A stretch of 51,217 bases of DNA from an uncultured delta proteobacterium (GCA_963826785.1 CAWGYD010000007.1:1-51217); one strand, 5' to 3'. Shown: positions 1 through 12,383, numbered from the stretch's first letter. A program made the numbers and translations. Notes: generated by a model from the sequence alone, not told the origin.

Positions 1-2
1 CA

Positions 3-2810
3 TTGGCATCTGCACTTGAGCAGGTCAAATCCGAACGGATGAAGAAAGACCAGGCGATTGCCGAGAAAAAAACGCAGCAATCGGAAATGCATCGCAGTAT
101 CGACAAACTCGAAACCGACATCCAGCATGCCGGAGACGATGAAAAACGCCTGACCGAGGAAATTGGTTCTCTTGAAGCCGCCCTGGCAGACCTTGGGGAA
201 AAAAACGTCCGGATCGACGATGAAATGGCCCTGGAACTCAGCCGAAAAGCCGACCTTGAAGAAAAGATTCACCATATCGAGGCCGAGATCGAAAAGGAGG
301 GCTGCGCGTTTGCCGATATTCGAAAGCAGCGGGATGAGCGATCCGCCCAGCTGGAAGCCGACAAGAAACAGCTGATGCAACTGATGACCCAGCAGGTGCG
401 ATTCCAGAATATTTTCGCCAATGCGGAGACCACCTCTAAAAATATCAAACAGCGCCTCCGGCAGATCGAAAAGGAAGCGGCGCAGGCCGGGGAAAAAGTT
501 CTGGAACTCGAACGGACGGAGGAAGAAGCCCGGGTCCATCTTGCATCGAAGCAGTCGGCGGCGGAGGAACTCACCATTCGCATCGGCCGGGCAAAACGGC
601 TGCTGGAGGAAAAGACCGGCGCACTGGGCCAGCAGGTCAAAAGCGTCAACTCCCTGCACAATGAAAAGAATCAGGTGAAATCCAGATATGCCGCCTTGAA
701 GAAGATGGATGACAATTACGACTGGTATAAGGACGGCGTCAGGGCCGTCATGAAAAACAAAATGGCCGCACAGGCCGATGGGACACCGACGGAATCAGAC
801 GGTGTGGTCGGATTGACCGCGGACTGCCTGGAGCCTGCGCCCGGGTATGAATTTGCACTGGAAGCGGTTCTGGGCGAAACGCTGCAGTATATTCTGGTAA
901 GGGATGCCCAGCATGGTGCGGCTTCCATCAATTTTCTCCGTAAAAGCAACGCCGGCCGAAGCGGGTTTATTCCGCTGACGGCCTTTGCCGGCGATTCCGG
1001 AGAAAACCTTCCTGCGGGGCCGGAAAATCTCCTGCAGAACCATGTCCGGATTCAGCCCGGTTTTGAAAACGCGGCGGCCATGCTCTTAAAAGATATCGTC
1101 GTGGTGGAAAGCTTCGAGGAGGCCCTTGAATTATGGCATCACCCGAACGGTTTCAGGAAGGTGGTCACCAAAAGCGGTGACCTGATCCATGCCGAGGGCA
1201 TCATGGTGGGAGGGAGCAAGGACAAGCTTTCCGGGATCTATGAGAAGAAATCCGAGCTGCGGCAGCTGGGGGAAACCATCCGGCAGCTGGATGAATCCCT
1301 AAAATCCGAACACGAGGTCCAGGAATCGCTCGAAAACGCGGTCAAGTCCATTGAAACCGACATCCAACATCTGACCGTCGAAAAAAACCAGGTCCAGTCA
1401 ACCCTCTTCGAAGCGGAAAAATCGCTTTACCGGATAGCAGAATCCCTGAAGCATGCCCGCCGCCACCTGGAAATCACCGAGCTGGAAAAGGATAAACTGA
1501 CCGGTGAAAAGACCGATGTGGATGCGCAAATCGCCCGCCACGATTCCGCCCTGGGGCAGGTTACCCGTGAAGTGGAATCAATGGAGCAGCGCGTCGCCTC
1601 CTCTGGGGATGAAATCGCGGAAATGTCTGATCGGATAATGGAATTTGACCGCCAGCAGGTGGAATTAAAACTTCAGTCCACCCGCTTTCATGCCCAGCTG
1701 GAAAATGCGATGCAGACCCTGAGGCGCCTGAAAACCTTCAAGGACGAAGGCATCAGCCAAGCGGGCCAGTATCAAAAAGATATCGAGATCAAAAAGAAGA
1801 AAAAGGATCAGGCCTCCTTTTCCGTCACGGGCAAACAGCAGCACCTGGCAGCGGCCCGATCCCGTATGGCCGCCATTGACCAGGATTTGAAAGCCGAGCA
1901 GACGGCGTATCAATCCATCGAGGAGCAGATCGAATCCACCGGCAGCCAGATGTCTAAAACCCAGGCGGTGATCGACGACACCCACCGGCAGGTTCATGAA
2001 CTGGAACTGGAACTGTCCCGCTATCAGCTCAACCGGGAGCACGTGGTGGGCCGGTTTCTGGAAAAATACAGCCACTCTTTTTCCGAATATGCCGATGCCC
2101 ACCGGGAAACCGTCACCGCGCCGGGATTTTTAATCGAAAAAATGGAAACAGACCTGGAAGGCTGGAAAAAGAAAATGGCGGCCATCGGGGACGTGAATCT
2201 GGGGGCCATCGAAGCCTATGAGGAACAGCAGTCCCGCCATGATTTTCTGGTCAAGCAGCGCGACGACCTGGTCCAGGCGCTGGAGGATCTGGAAAACGTG
2301 ATCCGCAAAATCAACCGGATTACCCAGAAGCTGTTCATGGAAATGTTTGAGACCATCAATGAAAAATTTTCCGAACTGTTTCCCCGCCTGTTTGCCGGCG
2401 GGTCCGCCTGGCTCGAATTGACCCAACCCAACCAGCCGCTGGAAACCGGCGTGGAGCTCATGATCCATCCGCCGGGGAAAAAAGTGACCCGGCTGTCACT
2501 TCTATCGGGCGGGGAGAAGGCACTTTCCGCGATTGCCTTCATCTTCTCCATCTTTCTGATCAATCCGGCATCCTACTGCCTGCTCGACGAAATCGATGCG
2601 CCTCTGGATGAAGCCAATACCCATCGCTTTAATGAACTGCTGCGGATCATCGGGGAAAGATCCCAGATCATCATGATCACCCATAACAAGCGCAGCATGG
2701 AATTTGCGGACGTGCTTTTCGGCGTTACCATGGGAGAAAGCGGCGTATCCAGGATCGTGTCCGTTGATATTGAAAAAATCGCCCGTCATTCCGACCTGAT
2801 GAAAAATTAA
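3..2810 (+). CDS. smc: Chromosome segregation protein SMC (N-terminus lies outside the window)
   Basis: Long coiled coils, hinge region (GVVGLTAD...ALEAVLGETLQYILV...GRSGFIPL) and C-terminal ABC head with LSGGEK signature, LLDEIDAPLD Walker B/D-loop and ITHN. Directly upstream of ftsY. Confidence 0.97.
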   Translation: MASALEQVKSERMKKDQAIAEKKTQQSEMHRSIDKLETDIQHAGDDEKRLTEEIGSLEAALADLGEKNVRIDDEMALELSRKADLEEKIHHIEAEIEKEGCAFADIRKQRDERSAQLEADKKQLMQLMTQQVRFQNIFANAETTSKNIKQRLRQIEKEAAQAGEKVLELERTEEEARVHLASKQSAAEELTIRIGRAKRLLEEKTGALGQQVKSVNSLHNEKNQVKSRYAALKKMDDNYDWYKDGVRAVMKNKMAAQADGTPTESDGVVGLTADCLEPAPGYEFALEAVLGETLQYILVRDAQHGAASINFLRKSNAGRSGFIPLTAFAGDSGENLPAGPENLLQNHVRIQPGFENAAAMLLKDIVVVESFEEALELWHHPNGFRKVVTKSGDLIHAEGIMVGGSKDKLSGIYEKKSELRQLGETIRQLDESLKSEHEVQESLENAVKSIETDIQHLTVEKNQVQSTLFEAEKSLYRIAESLKHARRHLEITELEKDKLTGEKTDVDAQIARHDSALGQVTREVESMEQRVASSGDEIAEMSDRIMEFDRQQVELKLQSTRFHAQLENAMQTLRRLKTFKDEGISQAGQYQKDIEIKKKKKDQASFSVTGKQQHLAAARSRMAAIDQDLKAEQTAYQSIEEQIESTGSQMSKTQAVIDDTHRQVHELELELSRYQLNREHVVGRFLEKYSHSFSEYADAHRETVTAPGFLIEKMETDLEGWKKKMAAIGDVNLGAIEAYEEQQSRHDFLVKQRDDLVQALEDLENVIRKINRITQKLFMEMFETINEKFSELFPRLFAGGSAWLELTQPNQPLETGVELMIHPPGKKVTRLSLLSGGEKALSAIAFIFSIFLINPASYCLLDEIDAPLDEANTHRFNELLRIIGERSQIIMITHNKRSMEFADVLFGVTMGESGVSRIVSVDIEKIARHSDLMKN

Positions 2811-2829
2811 ATGCACCTGAGGGGTTCTC

Positions 2830-4101
2830 ATGTTTGAACAGCTGATTCACCAGATACTCGAATTCTTAAACACCGCTGCGGCCCAGTATTCCGGGGAGGC
2901 CATAGGGGCGGTGATCATTCTTCTTCTGCTGGTTGCCGCCTCCCGTATCCGGCGGCGGCAGCATCGTCAGATCCGGGAGGATATCGACCGGCTCGATGAA
3001 GAGCTCCTGTCCGAAGAAGAGATAGAGGCCGAATTAGAGGCGGCAATGGAAACTGAAGAAACAGAGGAGAAAATTCAGCCGGTCATATCTGAGCCGCCGT
3101 CCCCAGGGGAAATCATCAGCCCGCCGGAACCTGCCCCACCGGCGGCAAAATCCGCCCGGAAGCCCGCCGAAGCGTTTAAAGCGCCCAAAGAGACCCCCAC
3201 GGGATTTTTCAACCGGCTCAAGTCCGGCATGACCAAAACCCGGCAGAATCTCTCCGGCCGGTTTGATGCCATTTTTGCGGGAAGCCGCAAGATGGATGCC
3301 GAAATGCTGGAGGAGATCGAAGAGACGCTGATTACCGCCGATGTGGGCGTACCGACCACCATGGAACTGATGGACCGAATTTCGCAAAAATCGTCTTCCA
3401 TACATAATGCCGAAGATTTCAAGCGGCAGCTCAAGTCGGAAATGGCCGAATTTCTCGAATCTTCAGGTCCGACAGGCGTCCCCCAGGGAATCAAACCCTA
3501 TGTCATCCTGATGGTGGGCGTGAACGGCGTGGGCAAAACCACCACCATCGGCAAACTGGCCGCCCGATACCATGCCGAAGGAAAAAAGGTCCTGCTGGCG
3601 GCATCGGACACCTTCCGGGCAGCTGCCGTGGAGCAGCTGGAAATCTGGGCCAAACGTTCGGATGCCGACATTGTCATGCACCGGGACAAGGCGGACCCGG
3701 CGGCAGTTGCATTTGACGGCGTTGAAGCGGCCATGGCCCGCGATGTGGATGTCGTCATCGTGGATACGGCAGGAAGGCTGCATACCAAGGTGAACCTGAT
3801 GGAGCAGTTAAAAAAGATCAAGCGAAGCATCAGCAAGAAATATCCGTCCGCACCCCATGAAATCCTGCTGGTGCTCGACGCCACCACCGGGCAGAACGCC
3901 CTTTCCCAGGCAAAGTTGTTTCATGAAGAAATCGGGGTGACCGGCATCATCTTAACCAAGCTGGACGGCACCGCCAAGGGCGGCATCGTTTTGAGCATCT
4001 GCCACATGTTAAACATCCCCATCCGCTATATCGGCATCGGGGAACAGATCGATGACCTCCAGAAATTCGATCCGAAGCTGTTTGTCGACGCCCTTTTGTA
4101 A
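2830..4101 (+). CDS. ftsY: SRP receptor FtsY with hydrophobic N-terminal segment and acidic/Pro-rich linker
   Basis: SRP-GTPase motifs GVNGVGKTTTIGKLA, DTFRAAA, DTAGR, TKLDGTAKGG and GIGE. Confidence 0.97.
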   Translation: MFEQLIHQILEFLNTAAAQYSGEAIGAVIILLLLVAASRIRRRQHRQIREDIDRLDEELLSEEEIEAELEAAMETEETEEKIQPVISEPPSPGEIISPPEPAPPAAKSARKPAEAFKAPKETPTGFFNRLKSGMTKTRQNLSGRFDAIFAGSRKMDAEMLEEIEETLITADVGVPTTMELMDRISQKSSSIHNAEDFKRQLKSEMAEFLESSGPTGVPQGIKPYVILMVGVNGVGKTTTIGKLAARYHAEGKKVLLAASDTFRAAAVEQLEIWAKRSDADIVMHRDKADPAAVAFDGVEAAMARDVDVVIVDTAGRLHTKVNLMEQLKKIKRSISKKYPSAPHEILLVLDATTGQNALSQAKLFHEEIGVTGIILTKLDGTAKGGIVLSICHMLNIPIRYIGIGEQIDDLQKFDPKLFVDALL

Positions 4102-4352
4102 GCCGCCAGAATCAAACCGTTATTGAAGAATCATCATGATAACATACTGTTTTAATTATGACTAAATCAATAAACAGAAATTCCGCTCTTCGCTCATCCT
4201 CAGCCATCGACTGGTATGCAATGCCGTCCGAAGGCGTTTTCAAGATCAAGCCAACCCTGTATCTTCTCCCCTTGTCTGTTTTAAATTGGCTGTGCATGCC
4301 GGTTTACCCAATAAAAATATTCATAAAAATGCTGAAAATCGCATTTTAGTTA

Positions 4353-4381
4353 TTGACAAGCCTAAAAGCCTACTTTAAGGT
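4353..4381 (+). promoter_or_regulatory. Putative sigma70 promoter for the HU gene
   Basis: TTGACA (4353-4358), 17 bp spacer, TAAGGT (4376-4381). A GGGAGG-type RBS precedes the ATG at 4436. Confidence 0.55.
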
Positions 4382-4435
4382 TCTAAATAATCAGGTTTTT
4401 TTTAAAACCAAACACAACAAGAGAGGGAGGGAGTC

Positions 4436-4708
4436 ATGACCAAAGCAGAACTGGTGGAAAAAATGGCCGCCGATGCCGGAGTTTCCAAGGTTGCCGCAAC
4501 AGCCGCTCTGAATTCTTTCATGGACGGTGTTTCCAAGGCGTTGAAGAAAAAAGACGGTAAAGTGACACTGGTAGGTTTCGGAACCTTTCAGAAAGTCCGC
4601 CGCAAAGCCCGCACCGGCAGAAATCCCCAGACCGGCGATCCGATCAAAATCAAGGCGCGCAATGTGATCAAGTTCAAGCCCGGCAAAGGATTGAAAGACG
4701 CTGTCTGA
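4436..4708 (+). CDS. hup: HU family DNA-binding protein
   Basis: 90 aa: MTKAELVEKMA...VTLVGFGTF...RKARTGRNPQTG...FKPGKGLKDAV. Confidence 0.95.
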   Translation: MTKAELVEKMAADAGVSKVAATAALNSFMDGVSKALKKKDGKVTLVGFGTFQKVRRKARTGRNPQTGDPIKIKARNVIKFKPGKGLKDAV

Positions 4709-4733
4709 TATCAGATAAAACGCAACGAATTCC

Positions 4734-4772
4734 AAAGGGCTGCATGACTGGAAACGGTCTTGCAGCCCTTTT
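4734..4772. terminator. Bidirectional intrinsic terminator between the convergent HU and acylphosphatase genes
   Basis: Inverted repeat AAAGGGCTGCA...TGCAGCCCTTTT with A/T tails on both sides. Confidence 0.75.
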
Positions 4773-4779
4773 CATTTTA

Positions 4780-5064
4780 TCAGGTATAGCGGATACTAAA
4801 ATCGTCATATTTGTGGGCATAGGATTCGTCGCTGATCTCCAATCCGGCCACCTCGGCCATGGACGGTCCTTTGCGGCACCATTCCAGAACCCGGTCCACT
4901 TTGTCCGCATCGCCTTCGAAGAATGCCTCCACCTTTCCATCCCGCCGGTTCCGGACCCAGCCGGTGACCTGATGAAGATCTGCCGTCTCCTCGGTTCTTT
5001 TCCGAAAAAACACGCCTTGGACACGTCCGCTGATGATAACCCGCACCGCCTTTTTATCCGACAT
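4780..5064 (-). CDS. acyP: Acylphosphatase
   Basis: ISGRVQGVFFR and VTGWVRNRRDGKVE motifs; 94 aa. Confidence 0.93.
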   Translation of the reverse strand: MSDKKAVRVIISGRVQGVFFRKRTEETADLHQVTGWVRNRRDGKVEAFFEGDADKVDRVLEWCRKGPSMAEVAGLEISDESYAHKYDDFSIRYT

Positions 5065-5145
5065 ACCTGGCCTTTCAATTTTCTGTCTCTATTTTGAAAT
5101 CGTTTTATCGGGCCGCATTGATAAGCAACAGACCATAAGTATACG

Positions 5146-5173
5146 TTGACCCCGTCTCAAATATTGTTAACAT
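5146..5173 (+). promoter_or_regulatory. Putative sigma70 promoter with extended -10 upstream of the crotonase gene
   Basis: TTGACC (5146-5151), 16 bp spacer, TGnTAACAT (-10 at 5168-5173). Confidence 0.45.
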
Positions 5174-5303
5174 GATCAACCTGACTGTCAACGCAGCCGT
5201 GCGGGCACCCCATCATTACAGCGGGGCTCACAATCCGATTGACATGAACATGCATTCACATTCACGGGTTTGCTTCCCTTCTTTAGGCGCAGGAGAAGAT
5301 GAA

Positions 5304-6137
5304 ATGGCATACGAACACATCGAATACGAGAGAGTTGGTGAAATCGCTGTTATCCGATTTAACCGGCCGGAAGTCATGAACTGCATCGGAATACAGACCC
5401 ACCGGGAGTTGGTTGCCGCGTGGACGGATTTTAAAAACGACCAAACGGCTAAGGTCGCTGTCATCACCGGCGCAGGCGAACATGCATTCTGCGCAGGCGG
5501 GGACCTTAAAAGCCCGCCGGACATTCTACCGTTGACCCGCTCGGAAATCGATGCCCATAACCGGGGGGAAAGACCCGGCATCCTGGGCCCGAGCCGGTGG
5601 ACGGATATTTATAAACCCATTATTGCCGCCGTCAACGGGGTGGCATATGCGGGGGGTCTGGAATGGGCCTGTTTTGCCGATATCCGCATCGCCGAAGAAC
5701 ACGCCACTTTCGGGGTCACCTGCCGGAGATGGAATATCGGGCTGGCCGACGGCGGCACCCAGCGCCTGCCCCGGATCATCGGTATGGGCCGGGCAATGGA
5801 GCTGATCATCACGGGAAGGGTCATCGATTCGCAAGAGGCCGCGCGCATCGGCCTGGTCAACGAAATTGTTTCCACGGGAAAATCCCTCGAACGCGCCATG
5901 GAACTGGCGGAATTTATCTGCACCCTGCCCCAGCCGGCTATCCGCACGGACAAGGAAGCGGCTTTGCGCGGTTTTGGGAAACCGCTGGACGAAGGCTTGC
6001 GCATCGAAGCCCGATGCTTCAACCGCCTCATCGGCGGCAACGAAATGGCCGAAGGCGTCCGGCAGTTCCGGGAGCGGGATCATCCCGACCGGAAAAGGCA
6101 AAGCGCGCCCAAAACCCCCGGGCTCAAGCGAAGCTGA
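5304..6137 (+). CDS. Enoyl-CoA hydratase/isomerase (crotonase) family protein
   Basis: Motifs FNRPEVMN, AFCAGGDL, KPIIAAVNGVAYAGGLEWA and DGGTQRLPRIIG. Start moved to ATG 5304 (MAYEHIEY) after an AGGAGA RBS. Confidence 0.92.
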   Translation: MAYEHIEYERVGEIAVIRFNRPEVMNCIGIQTHRELVAAWTDFKNDQTAKVAVITGAGEHAFCAGGDLKSPPDILPLTRSEIDAHNRGERPGILGPSRWTDIYKPIIAAVNGVAYAGGLEWACFADIRIAEEHATFGVTCRRWNIGLADGGTQRLPRIIGMGRAMELIITGRVIDSQEAARIGLVNEIVSTGKSLERAMELAEFICTLPQPAIRTDKEAALRGFGKPLDEGLRIEARCFNRLIGGNEMAEGVRQFRERDHPDRKRQSAPKTPGLKRS

Positions 6138-6188
6138 ATAAGGCGCTTATGGACAGGCATTTGCAAACCAGTGGGGCCGTGTTGATAT

Positions 6189-8288
<2,100 letters not shown>

Positions 8289-8298
8289 TTACCACCGG

Positions 8299-9021
8299 TC
8301 AAGCGCAAAACCCGGCGATCAAGGCGGCGATGCGCTCGCGCTGCTCGACAAATCTTTTCGCCTTGAATCCGGGCACCCATTTGAGCGAAGATAGTTCATC
8401 TGAAACGATGAGCATGCACCCGATGTTCACATTCCGAAAGGCGGCAACAGTGAAGAGGGCCGAAGCCTCCATTTCCACGCCCAGCACCTGCTTTTCCTGG
8501 AATGCGGCGATTTTTTCCGGTGTTTCCCGGAAGATGGCATCCGTCGTCCAGACGGAACCTCGGTGCACATCGATATGTTCGGCAAGGCAGGAATCGACAA
8601 GCTGCTGCTGGAGGATTGGCGATGGCAATGACGAGAAAATCCCCGGTTGGCAATAATGGCCCGAGGTGCCTTCGTCGATGTATGCCCGGTCGGGGATGAT
8701 CACGTCTCCGATGTGCACGCGCTCCGATACCGCCCCGCACCATCCGATCATGATGACCTCGCGTACGCCCCATGCAATCAACGTCTCCATCAAGATGACC
8801 GCATAGGGGGCCCCGATGAAGGGTCCGGCCAGGCTGCAGGCGTTTTGGGGGCCATCTTTGAAATGCACACGGCTCATCAACAGGCGACGGTTTTTATCCA
8901 GCCCCATGCAGCCCGCCAGACGCGCCGCATCATCCGGATGGGATGCCATCACGCAGCGGTGTCCCAGATGTTTCGGATGTCTTCCCTTCGCGGGTAAAAT
9001 AACGCCGTCTGTTATTTCCAT
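8299..9021 (-). CDS. Nucleoside phosphorylase (PNP/UDP family)
   Basis: Motifs IGAPYAVILMETL, IGWCGA, DEGTSGHY, VWTTDAIFRET, GVEMEASALF and VSDEL. Confidence 0.88.
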   Translation of the reverse strand: MEITDGVILPAKGRHPKHLGHRCVMASHPDDAARLAGCMGLDKNRRLLMSRVHFKDGPQNACSLAGPFIGAPYAVILMETLIAWGVREVIMIGWCGAVSERVHIGDVIIPDRAYIDEGTSGHYCQPGIFSSLPSPILQQQLVDSCLAEHIDVHRGSVWTTDAIFRETPEKIAAFQEKQVLGVEMEASALFTVAAFRNVNIGCMLIVSDELSSLKWVPGFKAKRFVEQRERIAALIAGFCA

Positions 9022-9067
9022 TCAAATCCGTTTAACTGAATCGCAGATGCCTCTTGTTAAAAAAAAT

Positions 9068-9328
9068 TTACTCCATCGGGTCGACCCGGGACGCGAGTTC
9101 ATCCTTGATCTCGTCAATGTTTTCATACAGCCAGATGATGTCCTCCACGGTGAGGCGGCCCGCTTTCACCGGCCGGCCCTGTGTGCCATCTTTTTTGGTC
9201 AGCACCCGGGGACCGATCTGAAGCTTGGGCTCGCCCTCGCCATATTGATTAATCGATATCATCAATCCGGTTTCCTCGCACCGCCACTGCTTTAAAACCT
9301 TGTCCATCTCCGGATCATAACCTGCCAT
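9068..9328 (-). CDS. Small 86-aa hypothetical protein, possibly PC4/YdbC-like ssDNA-binding fold
   Basis: ATG at 9328 preceded by an AAGGAGG RBS. Sequence MAGYDPEMDKVL...LMISINQYGEGEPKLQIGPRVLTKKDG...KAGRLTVEDIIWLYENIDEI. The fold call is by eye. Confidence 0.8.
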   Translation of the reverse strand: MAGYDPEMDKVLKQWRCEETGLMISINQYGEGEPKLQIGPRVLTKKDGTQGRPVKAGRLTVEDIIWLYENIDEIKDELASRVDPME

Positions 9329-9362
9329 GCTGCCTCCTTGTATATGTTTTAAACGATAATTT

Positions 9363-11441
9363 TTAAGTGGATAACTTTGAAAAATCGGCCAAACGCTCAA
9401 AGAGCCCGGATATTCCGCCCAGCAGCGCCAGCCGGTTCTGCCGCAGCGCCGCATCTTCGGCCATAACGAGCACGTCGTCAAAAAAACGGTCCACATGGCC
9501 CCGCAGGGAGGCGATTTCGGAAAATGCCGTTTCGACATCCCCCTTTGTCAAGCATTCCCCTACCCTGGATTTCACCTCCACAAAGAATTCATGCAGAATT
9601 TTTTCCGAATCGTGTTCAAACAGGGCGGGATTCACCTTTGCAGTCGATAGCCATTCCTCGTTCGATTTTCTTATAATATTCACCACCCGTTTGAATGCCA
9701 CCGCAAGGATTTCAAAATCCGGCAGCGATTTCAACTTCTGCAGGGCATGGGCCCTTTTCCAGATATCGGAAATATCATCGCCGGGAGCGGCCAGGACCGC
9801 CGCCACCGCATCCCGGGAAATCCCCTCATCCTCGAGCAGGGAAGCCATGCGCCCCTTGAAAAAGTCGTAGATGCCTTCCTTGACGCCCGTATCCGGAGAT
9901 ACATCTGAAAAACCGGCAAGGCTTTCTGCAATCATATGTTTCAATGAAAAGGAAAAATTTTCTTTCAGGACGATCTGGATAATGCCGATCCCCTGACGGC
10001 GAAGGGCATACGGGTCGGAAGCCCCGGTGGGAATCATTCCCACATGAAAGCACCCGCAGATGGTGTCGAGCTTGTCGGCAACGGCGACTAACGCCCCTTC
10101 AGTGGATGCCGGCAGCGGGCCGCCGGAAAAGGTGGGGCGGTAGTGTTCTTCTATGGCCCGGGCCACGTTTTCGGGTTCTTTTGCCACCCGGGCGTAGATG
10201 CCGCCCATGATCCCCTGCAGTTTTGGAAATTCCCCCACGACGTGGCTGACCAGGTCCGATTTGCACAGGAGAGCCCCTCGTGAGATATGCGCTTTCTCAG
10301 CGGCAGAGAGCTGGAGCGCATCGGCCAGGATACCGGCCATTCTCTGAATTCGGGTGGTCTTGTCGTAGACCGACCCGAGATCGGCTTGAAACAGCACGGA
10401 TCTGAGTTTTTCCCTCATGTCATCCAGCGAGCTTCGGATGTCTGCCGTATAAAAGAATCGGGCGTCTTCCAATCGGGCCCGGAGGACCCGTTCGTGCCCC
10501 TTCACCACCAGCCCCATGTCGGGGGGGCGGGTGTTGTTCACCGCTACGAAATGGGGCATCATCTGGTTGTTTGCGTCCACAACGGCGAAATAGCGCTGGT
10601 GCTCCTTCATGGCCGTGATCAGGATGGGCGCCGGCAGCTGCAGGAACTTTTTATCGAAACTGCCCACCGCCACTGCGGGATATTCCACCAGGTTGGTGTT
10701 GGTCTCCACCAGTTCGGGATCGGTGATGATGCTGCCGCCCACCTGGTCAACGGCCGTTTCCATCTGGTGAAGCAGCATTTTCCGGCGCCGTTGAATATCC
10801 GCCAGCACCCATGCGGATTCAAGCGCATCGACATAGTCGGCCGAAGCGGACAACCGGATGCGGCCGGGCGCCATGAACCGGTGGCCGAACGTATATCTCC
10901 CGCTTTTGATATCCCCCAGCTGAAAGGAGATGACCCGCTCTCCCAACAGGGCGACGATGGAATGGATGGGACGTGCAAATTCGATGCGCAATCCGGCCCA
11001 TCGCATGGTTTTGGGAAACGGGAGGGACAGGATCAGTTCGGGAAGCATCTCTTTTAAAATGCGGATCGATGAAAACCCTTTTTCCATTCTGGCCGCAAAG
11101 AGGTAGCGCCCTTTTTCAGTGTCCTTTAACCCCAGTGATTTGACGGACACCCCGTTTTTTTCCGCGAATTTAACGGCGGCGATGGTGAATTTCCCGTCCG
11201 CATCCACGGCCACTTTTTCCGGGGGCCCCGATATTTCGATGTTGAGTGGCGCCTGCCGGTCGGCCAGGTTATCGATGACCACCGACAGCCGTCTGGGCGT
11301 TCCGAAGGTGGAGGCCCTGCCGCAATCGATGCGCGCATCGGCCAGTCGTTTCACCAGCCGGGCAGCCAGCGCATCCAGCGCGGGGATGATGTACCCGGCG
11401 GGGATTTCTTCCGTTCCAATTTCGACCAGTAACCGGTCCAT
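9363..11441 (-). CDS. glyS: Glycine--tRNA ligase beta subunit
   Basis: Motifs LLVEIGTEEIP, TPRRL, PKTMRW, ARLEDARFFY, EFPKLQGIMG, DPYALRR, FFDDVLVM and RQNRLALL. Confidence 0.98.
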   Translation of the reverse strand: MDRLLVEIGTEEIPAGYIIPALDALAARLVKRLADARIDCGRASTFGTPRRLSVVIDNLADRQAPLNIEISGPPEKVAVDADGKFTIAAVKFAEKNGVSVKSLGLKDTEKGRYLFAARMEKGFSSIRILKEMLPELILSLPFPKTMRWAGLRIEFARPIHSIVALLGERVISFQLGDIKSGRYTFGHRFMAPGRIRLSASADYVDALESAWVLADIQRRRKMLLHQMETAVDQVGGSIITDPELVETNTNLVEYPAVAVGSFDKKFLQLPAPILITAMKEHQRYFAVVDANNQMMPHFVAVNNTRPPDMGLVVKGHERVLRARLEDARFFYTADIRSSLDDMREKLRSVLFQADLGSVYDKTTRIQRMAGILADALQLSAAEKAHISRGALLCKSDLVSHVVGEFPKLQGIMGGIYARVAKEPENVARAIEEHYRPTFSGGPLPASTEGALVAVADKLDTICGCFHVGMIPTGASDPYALRRQGIGIIQIVLKENFSFSLKHMIAESLAGFSDVSPDTGVKEGIYDFFKGRMASLLEDEGISRDAVAAVLAAPGDDISDIWKRAHALQKLKSLPDFEILAVAFKRVVNIIRKSNEEWLSTAKVNPALFEHDSEKILHEFFVEVKSRVGECLTKGDVETAFSEIASLRGHVDRFFDDVLVMAEDAALRQNRLALLGGISGLFERLADFSKLST

Positions 11442-11495
11442 GTCTGCTCCTGTCGACCTCAGCTTTTATTTTGCATGCACGTGTGGGTGCACGAT

Positions 11496-12383
11496 CTAAG
11501 ATGTTTCTTCAGTTTCGCGGGATAGCAGCGGATATCCCATCTCCTCCCGCTGCCGGACATACGCCTCGGCACAGATTCGGGCCAGGTTCCGGATGCGGGC
11601 GATGTACCCGGTCCGTTCGGTGACGCTGATGGCGCCACGGGCATCCAGCAGGTTGAACACATGTGAACATTTCAGGCAGTATTCGTAGGCGGGCAGCACC
11701 AGCCCCGCCTTGACGATGCGGCTCGATTCGCCTTCGAATTGGGCGAACATGTCAAAGAGCATTTGAATATCGGCCACTTCGAAATTGTAGGTGGACTGCT
11801 CCACTTCCTGCTGATGATGCACCTGCCCGTAGGTGATGTCATCGTTCCATTTCAGGTCGAACACCGAATCCACGCCCTGCAGGTACATGCAGATCCGCTC
11901 CAGCCCATAGGTGATTTCCACCGGTACGGGGTGCACGGCGATGCTGCCGGCCATCTGAAAATAGGTAAACTGGGTGATTTCCATCCCATCCAGCCAGACT
12001 TCCCATCCCAGCCCCGAAGCGCCCAGGGTGGGAGATTCCCAGTCGTCTTCCACGAAACGGATGTCATGATCCGACACCTCTATCCCCAGGGTGCGCAGGC
12101 TGTTCAGATACTGCTGCTGAACGTCCATCGGGGAAGGTTTCAGGATCACCTGAAACTGATAGTAGTGCTGCAGCCGGTAGGGATTGTCCCCATAACGGCC
12201 GTCCGTGGGGCGGCGGGAGGGCTGTACATAGGCGACTTTCCAGGGTTCCGGCCCCAGCGCGCGCAACAGCGTGTCCGGATGGAAGGTACCGGCGCCGACT
12301 TCAAGGTCATAGGGTTGGACCAGGAGGCATCCCCGGCCGGCCCAGAAGTTTTGAAGCTTTAGGATCACCTGCTGAAAATTCAT
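11496..12383 (-). CDS. glyQ: Glycine--tRNA ligase alpha subunit
   Basis: Motifs [51 protein letters not shown] and EITYGLER. Confidence 0.99.
   Translation of the reverse strand: MNFQQVILKLQNFWAGRGCLLVQPYDLEVGAGTFHPDTLLRALGPEPWKVAYVQPSRRPTDGRYGDNPYRLQHYYQFQVILKPSPMDVQQQYLNSLRTLGIEVSDHDIRFVEDDWESPTLGASGLGWEVWLDGMEITQFTYFQMAGSIAVHPVPVEITYGLERICMYLQGVDSVFDLKWNDDITYGQVHHQQEVEQSTYNFEVADIQMLFDMFAQFEGESSRIVKAGLVLPAYEYCLKCSHVFNLLDARGAISVTERTGYIARIRNLARICAEAYVRQREEMGYPLLSRETEETS

Noticed and set aside
5186..5230. Minus-strand GGGGTGCCCGCACGGCTG resembling a TPP riboswitch 5' half
   Set aside because: It lacks the invariant CTGAGA and the downstream ACCTGA...AGCGTAGGGA elements, and no thiamine genes are adjacent.
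10287..11057. Long antisense ORFs (for example 10287-11057, 17057-17833, 17840-18721, 28711-29463, 37570-38424)
   Set aside because: They are shadow frames opposite well-supported genes, expected from GC-rich codon bias, and carry no motifs.
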